Program-made: the position numbers and the translations under genes | Assembly: GCF_001194135.2 (NCBI RefSeq) | Contig: NC_068988.1 | Coordinates: 46,693,336-46,757,335, forward strand | Reading direction: 5' to 3' | Origin: Octopus bimaculoides | Taxonomy: Eukaryota | Length of the DNA stretch: 64,000 nt | Notes under the pieces: model-generated | The model's input: the letters and a program-made list of their open reading frames with translations, nothing else | Databases searched by the model: none | What the model was told of the DNA's origin: nothing | Shown: one piece after another, positions 1 through 13,358 of the stretch | Numbering within the stretch: position 1 is the first letter of the stretch | How the letters are laid out: the number at the start of each line of letters is the position of its first letter

Positions 1-1811
1 TAGAAGGCTCTGAGGAGAAGGCCTTGAGATTGAGAATTCTGAGTGGAAAACCAAAAATCGTTTTATGTTTTCGCCTCAGAAATTTTAAAAGAGCAGAAAC
101 GTATCCAACAATAACAAATTACGGTTGTTGTTCTCACAAAAGAGGTTCAATAGCTGAAGGTAGAGTCGTTCACATCTCACGATTTGTCAAAAGAAAACCC
201 AAAAGAACTAGCCATGTCTTCATTTCTAAGAGATAACCATCAACACAGACAGCTTCACTTACTAACAACAACTGCGGGAACTAATCAGCAGATAGCTTCG
301 GTATTGTAGCACCATTCCATTCACTTCTGATAATGAAAGTCAAGGAAATCTGAGAGGGTTAGCAGACTTTGAACAAGAAAAACTACCCAGTCTAATAAAA
401 AGTGTGCAAGGAGATGTGCATTTTGGTTGAAGAGGTGAGGATCTTCAGAAACAGAATTCGTTTCATATAAAAGAAAGCTTATCTCACATGAAGAAGAGCA
501 TCTATCTAATAGAGAAACTCTTCAGCAAATGAAAGCCCATCGTCCCTAAGTCTTATGAGCTTTACCAAATTTGCGAACTTGGCTAAATAATTACTGCCGA
601 TAAAAAGCACCACAATCTATAAAAAATCTTTTGGGGTTTTTCTTTAAGAAAGAAAATATGCAGTTAAATATATGCAATATTCATAAAGATCTTGTGTATA
701 GTTGGCGATGAAAACGATTGTGCGTCAGATGTTATACAAGATGTACCTTTAACAAGAAAATGGTTAAAAAGATGTATGAGGAACGTTAAAGAAAATGATA
801 AAGTATTGCGGAATTTTATAGAATTTCTATAATTTTTCAAATGAAGTGTTTGCAATGAATTAATGTTGACAATATTTAGCGGAAATGTATTTAAGTGTCA
901 TCGTTGATCAGAAAATGGTATTATTGATTCAAGCCACTAATTCCTGTTAATTCTTTAAAGCATCTTCAGTATTCCTTCACATTAATCTAGATTTCACAAT
1001 AAAAGAACCAAATTGCTTTTGAACAATGATGAAGTGGTATCGATTTCAGAAGGTTTCTCACCTGACACCTATGCAGACACACTAAAATATAGCTAAATAT
1101 ATTTATCTATATTCACACATATATACACAATGACACACAGCGACACACCCACCTACCCAGTGACATACATATACAGAATTCAGAAATGGATGCATGCACG
1201 TGGTATACATACACAAACGTAGGTATGATATATATACACATAACAAGTTTTCATGAAATTCATAGGTGTGTGTGTGTGTGTGAACGTGAGGGAATGTATG
1301 TATGTATATATATATATNNNNNNNNNNNNNNNNNNNNNNNNNNNNNNNNNNNNNNNNNNNNNNNNNNNNNNNNNNNNNNNNNNNNNNNNNNNNNNNNNNN
1401 NNNNNNNNNNNNNNNNNNNNNNNNNNNNNNNNNNNNNNNNNNNNNNNNNNNNNNNNNNNNNNNNNNNNNNNNNNNNNNNNNNNNNNNNNNNNNNNNNNNN
1501 NNNNNNNNNNNNNNNNNNNNNNNNNNNNNNNNNNNNNNNNNNNNNNNNNNNNNNNNNNNNNNNNNNNNNNNNNNNNNNNNNNNNNNNNNNNNNNNNNNNN
1601 NNNNNNNNNNNNNNNNNNNNNNNNNNNNNNNNNNNNNNNNNNNNNNNNNNNNNNNNNNNNNNNNNNNNNNNNNNNNNNNNNNNNNNNNNNNNNNNNNNNN
1701 NNNNNNNNNNNNNNNNNNNNNNNNNNNNNNNNNNNNNNNNNNNNNNNNNNNNNNNNNNNNNNNNNNNNNNNNNNNNNNNNNNNNNNNNNNNNNNNNNNNN
1801 NNNNNNNNNNN

Positions 1812-1938
1812 AATCCACTCACAAGGCTTTGGTCGGCCCGAAACTATAGTAGAAGATACTTGCCCAAGGTGCCTCGCAGTGGGAATGAACCCGGAACCAT
1901 GTGGTTGGTAAGCAAGCTACTTACCACACAGCCACTCC
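1812..1938 (-). mobile_element. tRNA-derived SINE, family A (CORE-like), 5' part; truncated by N-gap
   Basis: Minus strand reads GGAGTGGCTGTGTGGTAAGTAGCTTGCTTACCAACCACATGGTTCCGGGTTCATTCCCACTGCGAGGCACCTTGGGCAAGT: pol III A/B-box-like head, then a CORE-like CCTTGGGCAAGT motif; same sequence recurs many times in the window. Confidence 0.85.
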
Positions 1939-1974
1939 TATTATGTATGCATGTATGTATGTGTGTGTATGTGT

Positions 1975-2004
1975 TGATAGATGGATAGATCGATAGATCG
2001 ATAA

Positions 2005-2063
<59 letters not shown>
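1975..2063. repeat. (GATA)n microsatellite
   Basis: Direct reading of tandem GATA units. Confidence 0.95.
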
Positions 2064-2304
2064 TAAGAAGCTCCGTTGTGGTTTCCATCTTCCAAAATTT
2101 CATCCTCAAGATCTGATGAAAATCCCTTAACCACAATTTAACATCGAACTTAACTCCATGCGGTTAAGAAACGAAATAAATGGAAACCAAGAACCAAAAT
2201 CGTTTTTAGTTCAACTATCCAGCCTCTGTATCCGAGATGCAAATATGTGACTGTCCACTTTTGTTGCAAAGTCTTTAATCAATACCTTAATATACCTACA
2301 CCTG

Positions 2305-2630
2305 CTGAGATCCCCTTCGGTCATAACTGACCATGGGATTGCACCTACAAAGTTACCCTCCTAGTCACAAGACCGGGCAAGGTTGTTTATAGAAGACCAG
2401 CAGTCGCCCATGCATACTAGTCTCCCCTCTCCACGCCACCAGTGTTATCCAAGGGAAAGGCAAAGGGGCCGATACAGCTTGGTACTTGTGACGTCGCAAC
2501 TCATTTCTACAGCTGAGTGAACTGGAGCAACGTGAAATAAAATGTCTTTCTCAAGAACACAACACGCAGGCCGGTCCGGGATTCGAACTCATAACTTCGA
2601 GATCGTAAGCTCGACGCTCTAACCACTGAA
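2305..2630 (-). mobile_element. tRNA-derived SINE, second CORE-like family
   Basis: Minus strand starts TCAGTGGTTAGAGCGTCGAGCTTACGATCTCGAAGTTATGAGTTCGAATCCCGGACCGG (tRNA-like A/B boxes), followed by GTGTTCTTGAGAAAGACATTTTATTTCACGTTGCTCCAGTTCACTCAGCTG. Confidence 0.75.
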
Positions 2631-3524
2631 ACCAGAAGTAGACCAGAAGTAACAATAATAATTACATTGCATTCGCTGGTGCTTCGAAGAATGGAAGAGT
2701 GACGATGAAATTCGGGCGATAGAGACGAGATTTTTTATTCAGTAACTAAAATTCACGTTCATCTGTTCCTGTTCAGATGCTTATTCTGTTACATATTTGT
2801 GCAGGTCGCTGCGGCAGTCATCAATGATACAGTCTGCAACAAATCAAATGTGTTGGAGCTAAATCTTCAGCATGTCATCATCATGGTAATCACAAACTGA
2901 ACAAACTTCAATAGAAATGTCGGCTGGTAGATTTTTCATGGTAGACAATTTTTCAGATGAGGCAATATCTTCAGAGGAGGCAGAGTCAATTTGAGCATCT
3001 GGATATTTGATATGAATATAATGATTGGTAGCGTCAGTCAATGTAATATAATCGACCTTTGGCTCATATTTATTTAAATTTAACAGTCAAAACAAGATTC
3101 TGCGTATTCAAATAACTATCTTAATGAAGTCTGCTCCGTTGAACAAGGAAAGATAAATAGCCTTTGGTAAGTCTTCTATTTATTCGCCGTACAATTGAGA
3201 ACGCTAATTGCGTAAGGCAATTCCCTTACAACATCACACCGTCGTTTTCATGACAGCTTTCTTGAATGGAGGTCAAGTGTTACTCTTCTACATAAAGTTC
3301 TCCTCAAGGGTATCCCATTGGAAGGTATAAATATGTTTTAATTAGAACAATAATTTTATTCTCTAAATTTGTACGAACATCTTGAGACCTAAAATTTGAA
3401 TTCTAGGTCTGACAGTATTTAAGTAGCAGGTATGAAGAACAAATTAAAATTACGAGCTTCTGCACGAATTATCATAAATGAATGCATAAACACAAATAAA
3501 AACACTCTTAAGTAGGTCCGAGTT

Positions 3525-3739
<215 letters not shown>

Positions 3740-4099
3740 TTTGTGTGTGTGTATGTGTGTGTGTGGTATTTTTATATAAGCTTAATGCTTATGGCGATCA
3801 CCGTGCAATGACTAAGGAAAATAGTCTAATAAAGTGGCATATAAGCCCTCGACAGAAAAAAAGAAGGCTTTCTTACCCGCGTGGGAAACGAACCGGCATA
3901 TATTTGTTCACGCGACTTTCTGTCAAATTTAAGAACTTTAATAGTTCGTGTTTGTTTTATGTAAACAAACTTTTTATATGCTTTCGGTGCAAATGGTTTT
4001 TTATATAGCACCGAGTTTACAATCCTGTAACTAATAATAGTATTTTTATACAAGCTTAAAGCTTATGGCCATCACCATAGTAAAAAGTGTTCGCTATTC

Positions 4100-5004
4100 G
4101 TTTAACATTTGCTGTAATAGACCTTGCATCAGTTTTTCGATTGATGAGATAGTTTGATTGCAGTGGAAAGCAAAATGTTTATTGCAAGAACACCTGAAAT
4201 TGCAGTTTCAGCATCCTCTGTGTCATCATTTAATGGAACACCTGGAAAAATGTAAATGAATGTGTCATAAGCCATTGAAGTTTTAAACGGATGAATAACG
4301 TCTACGTATCTCTTCTTTTACAATGACAATGTTGGATTTAGTAGGGGTTCATTTATGTCCGAGAAAAGAAACATTCACTTAAAGTAGTAGCGAAACAATC
4401 CTAGTCATCGCTGTGATTGTTTAGCAGGTAATCAATGAGGTAGAGTTTTATTCTTTCCGAAATACGTTACAAAGAATTATTTTCTATTTCACATCCTAAG
4501 TAACAAATGGATGTTTGACTGAGAAAACATTTGTCATTGTCCAATACAATGTTTAGTCTCTTAGAAACTGAAATATATCGAGCCAAGTTCCCATCGTGCT
4601 CCTTAATAGTTTTGTCAACGACAATAACATTGTCGAGATAACCGTGAAATCCTTTGATATCATTGTCGGTAATTATGCTATCAATCACTCCTTGAAAGCA
4701 CTTACGATATTAGTCACACCAAAGGATAACGTTATAAACTGGAATAAGCGCCCATCAGATTGAAATGCCATGTATCTCTTATCGTCATTGTGGAGTAGAA
4801 TCTGATGCTATGCTGCTTTCAGATTCAGTTTACTGAAGAATTTATTGTAGGAAACAGAAGGTGCTAGGTCGTCAATATTAGGAAGTGGATAAACATCTAG
4901 AAAGCCGTGAATAACTGATACAAATGCATTGTTTCCCACTCTTTCATTATCATACCCACTGTGTTTGTCACAGAGAAACTGAAGGCCAAGACCAATGACA
5001 CCAT

Positions 5005-5040
<36 letters not shown>

Positions 5041-5330
5041 ATGGATATTTCAACAAGCTGTTGTGAACCGCTAGATTTAGTAAAAATTGGTTTTAAATAA
5101 TTGCATAGATTGGAAAAATATGTGGAGGGTTGCAAGTCAACAAACAGAAAAATTGGGAAATTAATTCTTGACATTCAGCTTGCCCCACGCCTCTCAAGAA
5201 AAACATTTATTCAATTAGGCCTGAAATGATGTTATAGTCGATTCTTTGAAAGAAAGATCTCTGGAGCTCTACTGTTTCACTTGGCAGACATATTGGAAAT
5301 TTTCATGTCCATATTGCTCTATTTACGTTA
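4100..5330 (-). mobile_element. Decayed Ty3/Gypsy LTR-retrotransposon pol fragment (RT and RNase H)
   Basis: Minus-strand translations YPLPNIDDL...FFSKLNLKAA, GYLDNVIV (YLDD motif), KCFLSQTSICYLG, then LGLFRYYFK and DAETAISGVL are canonical Gypsy RT/RNase H motifs; frameshifted and interrupted by (TAAA)n at ~5005-5042. Confidence 0.88.
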
Positions 5331-6789
5331 GGTATTGATGATTCCACTTAGCTTGAACTCAGCATGGATTTCAGNNNNNNNNNNNNNNNNNNNNNNNNNN
5401 NNNNNNNNNNNNNNNNNNNNNNNNNNNNNNNNNNNNNNNNNNNNNNNNNNNNNNNNNNNNNNNNNNNNNNNNNNCGTTAGGTATTGATGATTCCACTTAG
5501 CTTGAACTCAGCATGGATTTCAGCTCCCTATAATGAACTCTAGATGAGGTTCTCACTACGTTAATGAGTATTCAAATGAATGTTTCTAAATTTGTGCCAC
5601 GAACACTCTAGTGTTCCGCTTCATTCATCTTCGTATTATCATGTTTCAGCCAATCATCTACCTCGATCATTGTTCCTCCGTTATCAGTAAAGTTGTCTTA
5701 TGGAGCGCCGGTCTTCGAAATTATCCTCTCATTTACCCTTCTGTACACGATGCATAACCTCAGATAACCAATTAAAAACATTAATTTGAACGATCCTGGT
5801 CAGGGTTTTATTTTTCAATCTCAATAATTAATAGTTAATTTGAAAGCTAATGTCTATTTTTAGGTTTAGTCTCTCAATTAGATTGTTATCACCCCTGAAA
5901 TATTTTTGCAGTGCAGACTTATTCAACAAAAAACAACAACAAAAAATTAAATTTTAGCCAGCGTAAAACTTGTTTCAGTGTTTGTCGACTAAGTTATATT
6001 TTCCGAAAGACACAGAGGCGGGGTGGGGTGCATGAATTATCTTCTTTATATCTTGCCTGTTTCCTTCCGTCTGTCTATGCTTGCTTCTCTTTTGTGAGCA
6101 ACACATTCTCCTCTCCAGCTCGAATTGATTTCAGTCGGGAGGTGGTTGAAACTCTACAGCTTTGGAGTAGGATTAGTTTGTTACCACCATAAAAAGGTTA
6201 ATCTATGCAGAAAGTCTGAATCGACAGACTGTTGAGTTGTACATTTTACTCTGTGGTTAATAATTTTGATCATGGTGACTGTCGTTGGCTCCATTGGCCA
6301 AGACAAGTTCCATATCTCATTCACACTTAAACGCCTTAGCGACAAACCCGTGGGTTATGTCACTTAGTCCTCAGAAACTAATTCTTGCATTGTTGTCTAA
6401 TAAATGCTACAGTTTCACTTAATATACTGGGATAGATTTAATTTAAAGGTGTCTCTAGCAAAAGTAATAACTCCATCGGTTCTGTAGCCTGTGGAATTCA
6501 TTCTGAGACAGTCGTGAATACATTTTATGGGACGCTAACAATAAGTAATTATTTCGCGCCACCTTATATGCTAAATACTGTTGTGTGAAGGGGCGGGGAT
6601 ACTGCTTCCTTGGCTTAACAGAAGTAATTATGAAATAAATTTTTGAGTGTTTAGCATTTTAGCACTTTAAAGTGCTTTTCTTCTCGTGAAAAGATGTCTA
6701 AATACGGTTTCGGCATCTCTCATGAACGCCTGTACAAATCTTCCATAACGTGGTTTTACATACATGCACAACTTAATCCAAATGATCCT

Positions 6790-6970
6790 TTCTAGTATAG
6801 GCACAAGGCCTAGAAGTTTGGGCGAGGAGGATACATCGATTATATCTACCAGAACTTAATTCATTCACCACGAAAAGCAAAGTAGATTTCAGCAGCATTT
6901 GAACTCAGGACGTAAAGAATACCGTTCAGCCTTATGTCTAGCGTGCTACCTATTCTGCCAGCTTGCAGCC
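6790..6970 (-). mobile_element. Degenerate tRNA-derived SINE, family C (possibly Meta-domain type)
   Basis: Reverse complement resembles copies at 30916-31100 and 21080-21265 (GGCTGCAAGCTGGCAGAATAGGTAGCACGC...TTTACGTCCTGAGTTCAAATGCTGCTG). Confidence 0.65.
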
Positions 6971-7338
6971 TTTATTTAATGCTAACAATAACATATAAAC
7001 AGCACTCCTGCAAGCCAGGTATGACCAAGTCAAGAAAGACTGTGTAACAAATACAACTTTCAGTCAAACTAGAAAAACTGTTTCTATTTTTAAATCTAAC
7101 AACGAGAGATATTCGGCAACAGTACAGAGTTGGCAAAAATCTTTACTAGAAAAAATGTGTTATTCATTTTTTGTCTCATCCCCCACCCTATAAACATATA
7201 CTGCCTCCTGTCCTTCTGAATCCTATTCGTATTCTACTACCTCCTCATTTCTTTCTAGAAATTCATTTAAAAAACATGGAAGTAACATATTGATCATTCC
7301 ACCCATAAATTGAACTCCAACACCACTTCAAATAGCTG

Positions 7339-7373
<35 letters not shown>

Positions 7374-7874
7374 AAATTAAGTTACAACAAGATGACTACA
7401 AATAAGCTGAAACTTTGAAGTCACTGTCAGACTTTCTGCTGTAAAATTGTATTAAAATACAGTAATGAAAATTGTTGAGTGATCTTTAAATTTAATGTTA
7501 GATTGTTTTTATATTTAACTTCATATGAAAGAACGTTAGTATATGTGAGTATATATGCATGTATGTATGCCAGATCATTCTTAGTGCTTGTGGTAATACT
7601 TAACCGTATAACCTGTCACATGACCGGTCCGTCGATGAATAAAATGGCAAATCTACCGAGCAGGCTTGGTATGGATGGTGGTTCTCGTTGGAACATTTCA
7701 AGACGAGAAACTAAGCTTATCAAAAGGTGGATGAACTCATTATAGTCAATAGATATCCAACAGCTGGAGTGAGAGATGGTATTTCGCTGAATTTCTTTTG
7801 AGAACTACTAGGTCTTAGTAGACATAACATGTGGTCTATTTCTAGCACATTAAATGTCCATTTTACTGGTCAAC

Positions 7875-7876
<2 letters not shown>

Positions 7877-7929
<53 letters not shown>

Positions 7930-7995
7930 GACGGGTTTTTGTCAACCAAATCCACTCTCAAGGCTCTGGTCGGCCTGGGGTTATAGTGGAAGACA
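7877..7995 (-). mobile_element. (TA)n tract plus family A SINE central fragment
   Basis: CCAAATCCACTCTCAAGGCTCTGGTCGGCC...ATAGTGGAAGACA is the reverse complement of the family A core. Confidence 0.75.
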
Positions 7996-8339
7996 AAAAA
8001 TCTTTCGCTCACAGAAACGGATGGTTGACATATCTGTGTACATATATTTGTCTATATGTCGTATGCTGTTTGGTGTATGTATACATGTCTGTTTTATGCT
8101 GTTTTTATATCCCGGAATATGTACATGAATATATGCTTTATATATACATGCATCTATCAATCTAGCTGTCCATGTGTCTGTCAATCTCCATATCGATATA
8201 TTTACGTATATGTACATGTATGTGTGTGCGTGTGTGTATACACACACACACATGTTTATGCTGAGCATGTTTAACTTATGTATATCTGTGCAATGTGTAT
8301 ATATGTGCAAATAATATATATTTTTTCTTGTATGTATAT

Positions 8340-8424
8340 ATGTGTGTGTATAAATATGCATATGAGTACGTGTGTATCTATACCCACGCATAAACATATA
8401 TAGATACAAACACATACACACACG

Positions 8425-8498
<74 letters not shown>

Positions 8499-8600
8499 CA
8501 TATGCGCGAATTTTCTTTTACATATACATACATGTGTGCGTGTGTATATGAGCGCGCGTGTGCGTGGAATTGTTCGTGTACGCATGCACGAATATTCGTG
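8340..8600. repeat. Compound (TG)/(CA)/(TA) microsatellite
   Basis: Direct reading. Confidence 0.9.
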
Positions 8601-10427
8601 TTTTTATGTGAACATACTTGCACTCGCTTATGTGTTAATATATGTGTTTATCTCATTCATCTACAATAGATATCTAATTACTACTTTTAATTATAAATTA
8701 CGATGTTGGCAAAGTTCATCTATATTCATTAATGTTAACATAAATGATTAAAAAATTAGTCACTATAAAATACAAATAAAATTAAAATAAAGTTACTCTG
8801 ATTATCTATATCATATTTCATTATATTTTGTTTGTTTTGGATTCATCTGTGTAATTATATATTTATTTATTTATTTTTAATCTGTGTTTTTTGGTTTCCT
8901 TTATTATTCACGTTGATTTAAAATCTGTATAAAAAAACTATAATTTTGATTTAAAAGAAAAACAATTTTAAGGTATGAGCCTAATTTGTTAATAATTTGT
9001 CACGTGTGACACTTGTGCTAACGAGGCATCTCAATTCATTCTTTTCTTCGTTGTGCTTGGGAGACTGTACACAAACATGTTTGTATGAATACATGCATTC
9101 AACATTGATGTATGTGAAAGTGGGTTTTAATTTTTCTACATCACGAATGAGTAGGTTCGCAATACCATCCAGTATTACAATGGCCTATATGAAGGTTTTC
9201 ACATAGTGGTAATGAAAATAAACCAGAAGTAGTATAGCAATATTACAAAGACTAATGGCCATACAAAAAGATTCTTCAAGGAACCATGGTCGGGAAAATG
9301 AGAAAATGCTGAAGTGGAGACATGAGTTTTGGTATAAAACCGCCACAATTTGAAAACTCTGATGTACAATATAATTCCATTGGAAGTCAGGGTGCAATAC
9401 AGATGTGAACACATATTTTCAAAATGGTGAAACCGGTTTCTAATATTTTGATATTATCATGACCATTACTCTCATCTTTATACTCTATTTCATGACAGTT
9501 TTTTCTACATCGGTGTGACCAGTTTGAAATGTCATATCTTACTAGTTATATCAGAGTGGTACTGAATGCTGAATTTGGGAGTAAGACTATTTGTGTAACA
9601 CAAGGCCATAATTATCACAATTGCACACGTCGTTTCTGCAAGTCCGATAACGCAAACCACTAACGCTCCAACGATCAAGATCTGGCAAGAAAATCTGTAT
9701 AACTATTAGGTGCCCATTATAAGCAATGCATAATCATTACACATTTTGATTGATGAGATTGACATAACCTTGAAACATAAATAAAACATAAATTTGGTAA
9801 GTTTATTAGTGCAAACAAAGTATAAAGTCCTGATACGCAGAAAGCGTTTACAATAAAGACTGAAAAAAAACTAGTGTTTTAAATTAGGTGTGTATATAGA
9901 TACATATGTAACCTTGTCATTGGGTATATTTTTTTCTTTGAAAATTCTCTTGTTTTCAACTGATTTTTGCTCTTGTCATGTCTCTGATATAAGCATGGGA
10001 CCAAATAATACTTTTGTTTCTTTACTATGCTTCTTTGCTGTTGCTAACATTAGAAATTGATTATGTGTGTGTGGTCATTAGATTACAAGTTATTTTTTGA
10101 CTTATTTTCTCTTTTTACTCATTATTTTAGTGATGATAGACTTCAGTGCGCATTGTTAAGCTATTCATTTTGTAAACTGAATATTTGGATTGAGCTTATT
10201 TCCTTTATTTATAGAGCTTTGGGAAAATGTCATAAGGCTTGGTTTTAGGAAGTCTGGAATAAATATTTATGTCAGCAATTTTTATCAAGTCATTGTGTTT
10301 CTGCATGGCACACTGATAAAGTATAGATATTTGTTTATTTTCATTCAATTCGCTCTAGTTCTTTCTTGTAGGTTGCATTATACTACACCTAGACACACAC
10401 AATCACATACACACTCACACATATATG

Positions 10428-10465
<38 letters not shown>

Positions 10466-10466
<1 letters not shown>

Positions 10467-11290
10467 TAGACTAGACTAAACTACCCGTGATCCGTTGGGT
10501 CACCGGAAACTCTGAGTTCCCAGCAACGGAGTTTTGTTTCGTGGGGTTTTTCCCCAGGTTATTACACATGCTTTCAACGCATCGAAATCATGCAGAAACA
10601 GCTCCTTTCCCCAGAAAAGGAAATATTTGACTGCTGTTTCTTGCATTCCCTGCTACCACATAACAGGTATTTCGTGTCCTGCATTGCAAATAGCTGTAAC
10701 GTGGTTGCAGGGTGTGCTAGAAATAGCAGCCAAATGTTTGAAGGTGAGATAAGTTGAATGCACTCGAAAAAGACCTATGGAAAATATTATTAGGTGTGTA
10801 TATGAACGGGTTTTTACGAAATATTCACCGTGTTTTTAAAGTAATTTTCTCTTTAAAATATTTTTTAAATATACAAAAAAAAAAATATGTAACGGTATTA
10901 ACTTGAAAATAATTAAAAAACATTGAAATATCTGTTTAAAGAAAGCTACAATACAAATACTTACTGTACAAACAACTTATATTTTTTAAATCCCATTCGC
11001 TTAAAAATATTTCTAACTGATCAAAATATGGTGTTTAACAAAAGCGAAAATAGAAACATTTACTCTAAAAAAACAAATCGTATTTTTCGTTGTCAAGTAG
11101 TTGTTTCTAATCTATAGGTAAGAGTTTCTTCTCTTTCGGGGGTTAAGTTATTTTCGGAGAATTTTCCCATCATACACCGTTTTGAGTATTTATACCCCGT
11201 AAACCCCTAATATCTCAATAACCAGTTGTCCGATTTATACAAAACATGCTTTATTCCGTTCGTATTCACATTTCAGGGGTGACTTAATTC
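10466..11290 (-). mobile_element. Non-autonomous Helitron-like element (3' end clear, 5' end uncertain)
   Basis: GC-rich hairpin CCCGTGATCC-GTT-GGGTCACCGG at 10484-10506; on the minus strand it is followed after ~10-15 nt by CTAG|T, the canonical Helitron 3' signature. Confidence 0.5.
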
Positions 11291-11340
11291 ATAATATTTT
11301 CCCATGTATATATGTATTCATTTATTCTTTTTTAAATTGT

Positions 11341-11698
11341 TTCACCTCATTTCACTCCTGCCATGATATAGCACCGCCTTAAATGGTTTTAGTCGAAGCA
11401 ATCAACGCGTGTACTTATTCTTCGTATGCCTAGTACTTGCTCTATCGGTCCTTCTTGCCGGACTGCTAAGTTACAGGGACATAAACACATCAACATCGGT
11501 AAACACGCACACACACACGCACATATATATATTAATGACAGGCTTCCTTCAGTTTCCGTTTACAAAATCAACTCACAAGGCTTTGGTCGGCCCGAGGCTA
11601 AAGTAAAAGACACTTGGCCAAGGTTCCATGCAGTGGGACTTAACACGGAACCATGGAGTCTAGAAGCAAATTTCTTACCACACCGCCACGTCTGCGCC
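11341..11698 (-). mobile_element. Family A SINE, near full length with internal microsatellite
   Basis: Head, core and (TA/TG) tract plus 3' part (GTGTTTATGTCCCTGTAACTTAGCAGTCCGGCAAGAAGGACCGATAGAGCAAGTACTAGG) colinear with copies at 36905-37400 and 56165-56545. Confidence 0.8.
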
Positions 11699-13358
11699 TA
11701 TGTATATATCACACTTTCTGTCTATCAAATTCCTTGATAAAGCATTGATTGCATAGCTAAAGACACTTGTTAAGTTGCCATGCCATGCCACCGAACCCAA
11801 TGCCGCGTAGTTTCAGAGCAAATTTCTTAGGAACAAAGCCGTTCCTACACCTATTGTATAAAGTATTAACGGAAAGTGTTCCTTTTATTATACGTGTCAG
11901 TAGTAAAAGGGTTTGTGTCTTCGCTACGTCTTATGCCTTATACTCTGACATAATTTGGGATGTCGGCTGAGAACCACCGCTGTAGGTTGGACAACTTTTG
12001 CTAAGACATCATTATATTTCATATATTTCACTGCGTAAATATTCTTGCAGACAGTGACCTGAAGATGTCAAGTTGGCCATCAGCTGCATATATCTAACCA
12101 GTATTAGAAGGCCAGCAAATGTCATGTACACTGACTCTTCTTGCTTGACTGATTTATATATACCTATGTGTGCATTCATGTATATATATTTAAGTATCTA
12201 CACACACACACACACAAACACAGATATGTATGTAGATATATATACATGTATGTATGTATATGCATATATATATATGTATATATATATATGCATATATATA
12301 TATATATATATAGGTATGTATGTATGAATATATCTATCTATCTATCTATCTATACATACATACATACATACATATAAAAAGAAGGTGTACAGATGTTGGT
12401 GGACTTCGGAGCTGCATCTGCTGAAGGCACTGCGTTTCTTGCATCAAAGAAAGAAAACCGAATTGACAAGAATAACAAGTTTGCTGGAGATGATAGAGAA
12501 AGAAATATATACAAAGAATATAAGCGATCATGTGATGAATGTATGTATGTGCATATATGTGTCTATGTGTGCGTGTAGTTGTGTNNNNNNNNNNNNNNNN
12601 NNNNNNNNNNNNNNNNNNNNNNNNNNNNNNNNNNNNNNNNNNNNNNNNNNNNNNNNNNNNNNNNNNNNNNNNNNNNNNNNNNNNTCCTCTTGGAGTCGAC
12701 TTAACCCCTCTTCGAAACTGCTGGCTTTGTACCAAAATTTGAACACCATTTTACTGATTTCTGTTTTTGTGCGGCTATTGTTCATGTATGTTTACAAGTT
12801 TAGGTATGTTTGCCTTTTATGTACGCCTTACATACTTATTCGCTTAAATGATAATCTGTGTATTGTTTTATCAATACTTTTCACGTCTTCGTATACCACA
12901 TAACGTTTCTGCCTAATATCCCTATTTTACACATTTACAAGTGTATATGTCATCATAAATCATGTAACTCCTTTTTCGTTAAACGTATATACTAGCGCAT
13001 GCACACACGCATATAATAAAGAAAAATCTTTAATTTAATTTAATTTAATGGAGTTATCATTTTTAATTGAGATAGTGCAATCAGGAGTGGATCTTGTCTT
13101 TAAAGTCATCTTGTATAAGCAATGGACATGTTTAAGTTGGTTAAATCTCATCTGCGAGCAGAGCATATTCATTTTAGTTGGTTCGATATTGAAGTACATT
13201 ATAGAAATAAAATAGTGACGCTTACTATACATACAATCAACAGGGCAGTGGCGAATACGTCAAGCATGTGTTCTGTATTTTGGATTTAGTATTTCACATA
13301 TATAAATTTATTTGCAGACAAATGAAGTAATTAAACTTAGCATAGCCTTTAAACGCCC

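Noticed and set aside
12055-12090. CTGAAGA-t-GTCAA g TTGGC...CAGCTG hammerhead-like remnant
   Set aside because: GAAA core absent and no stem I
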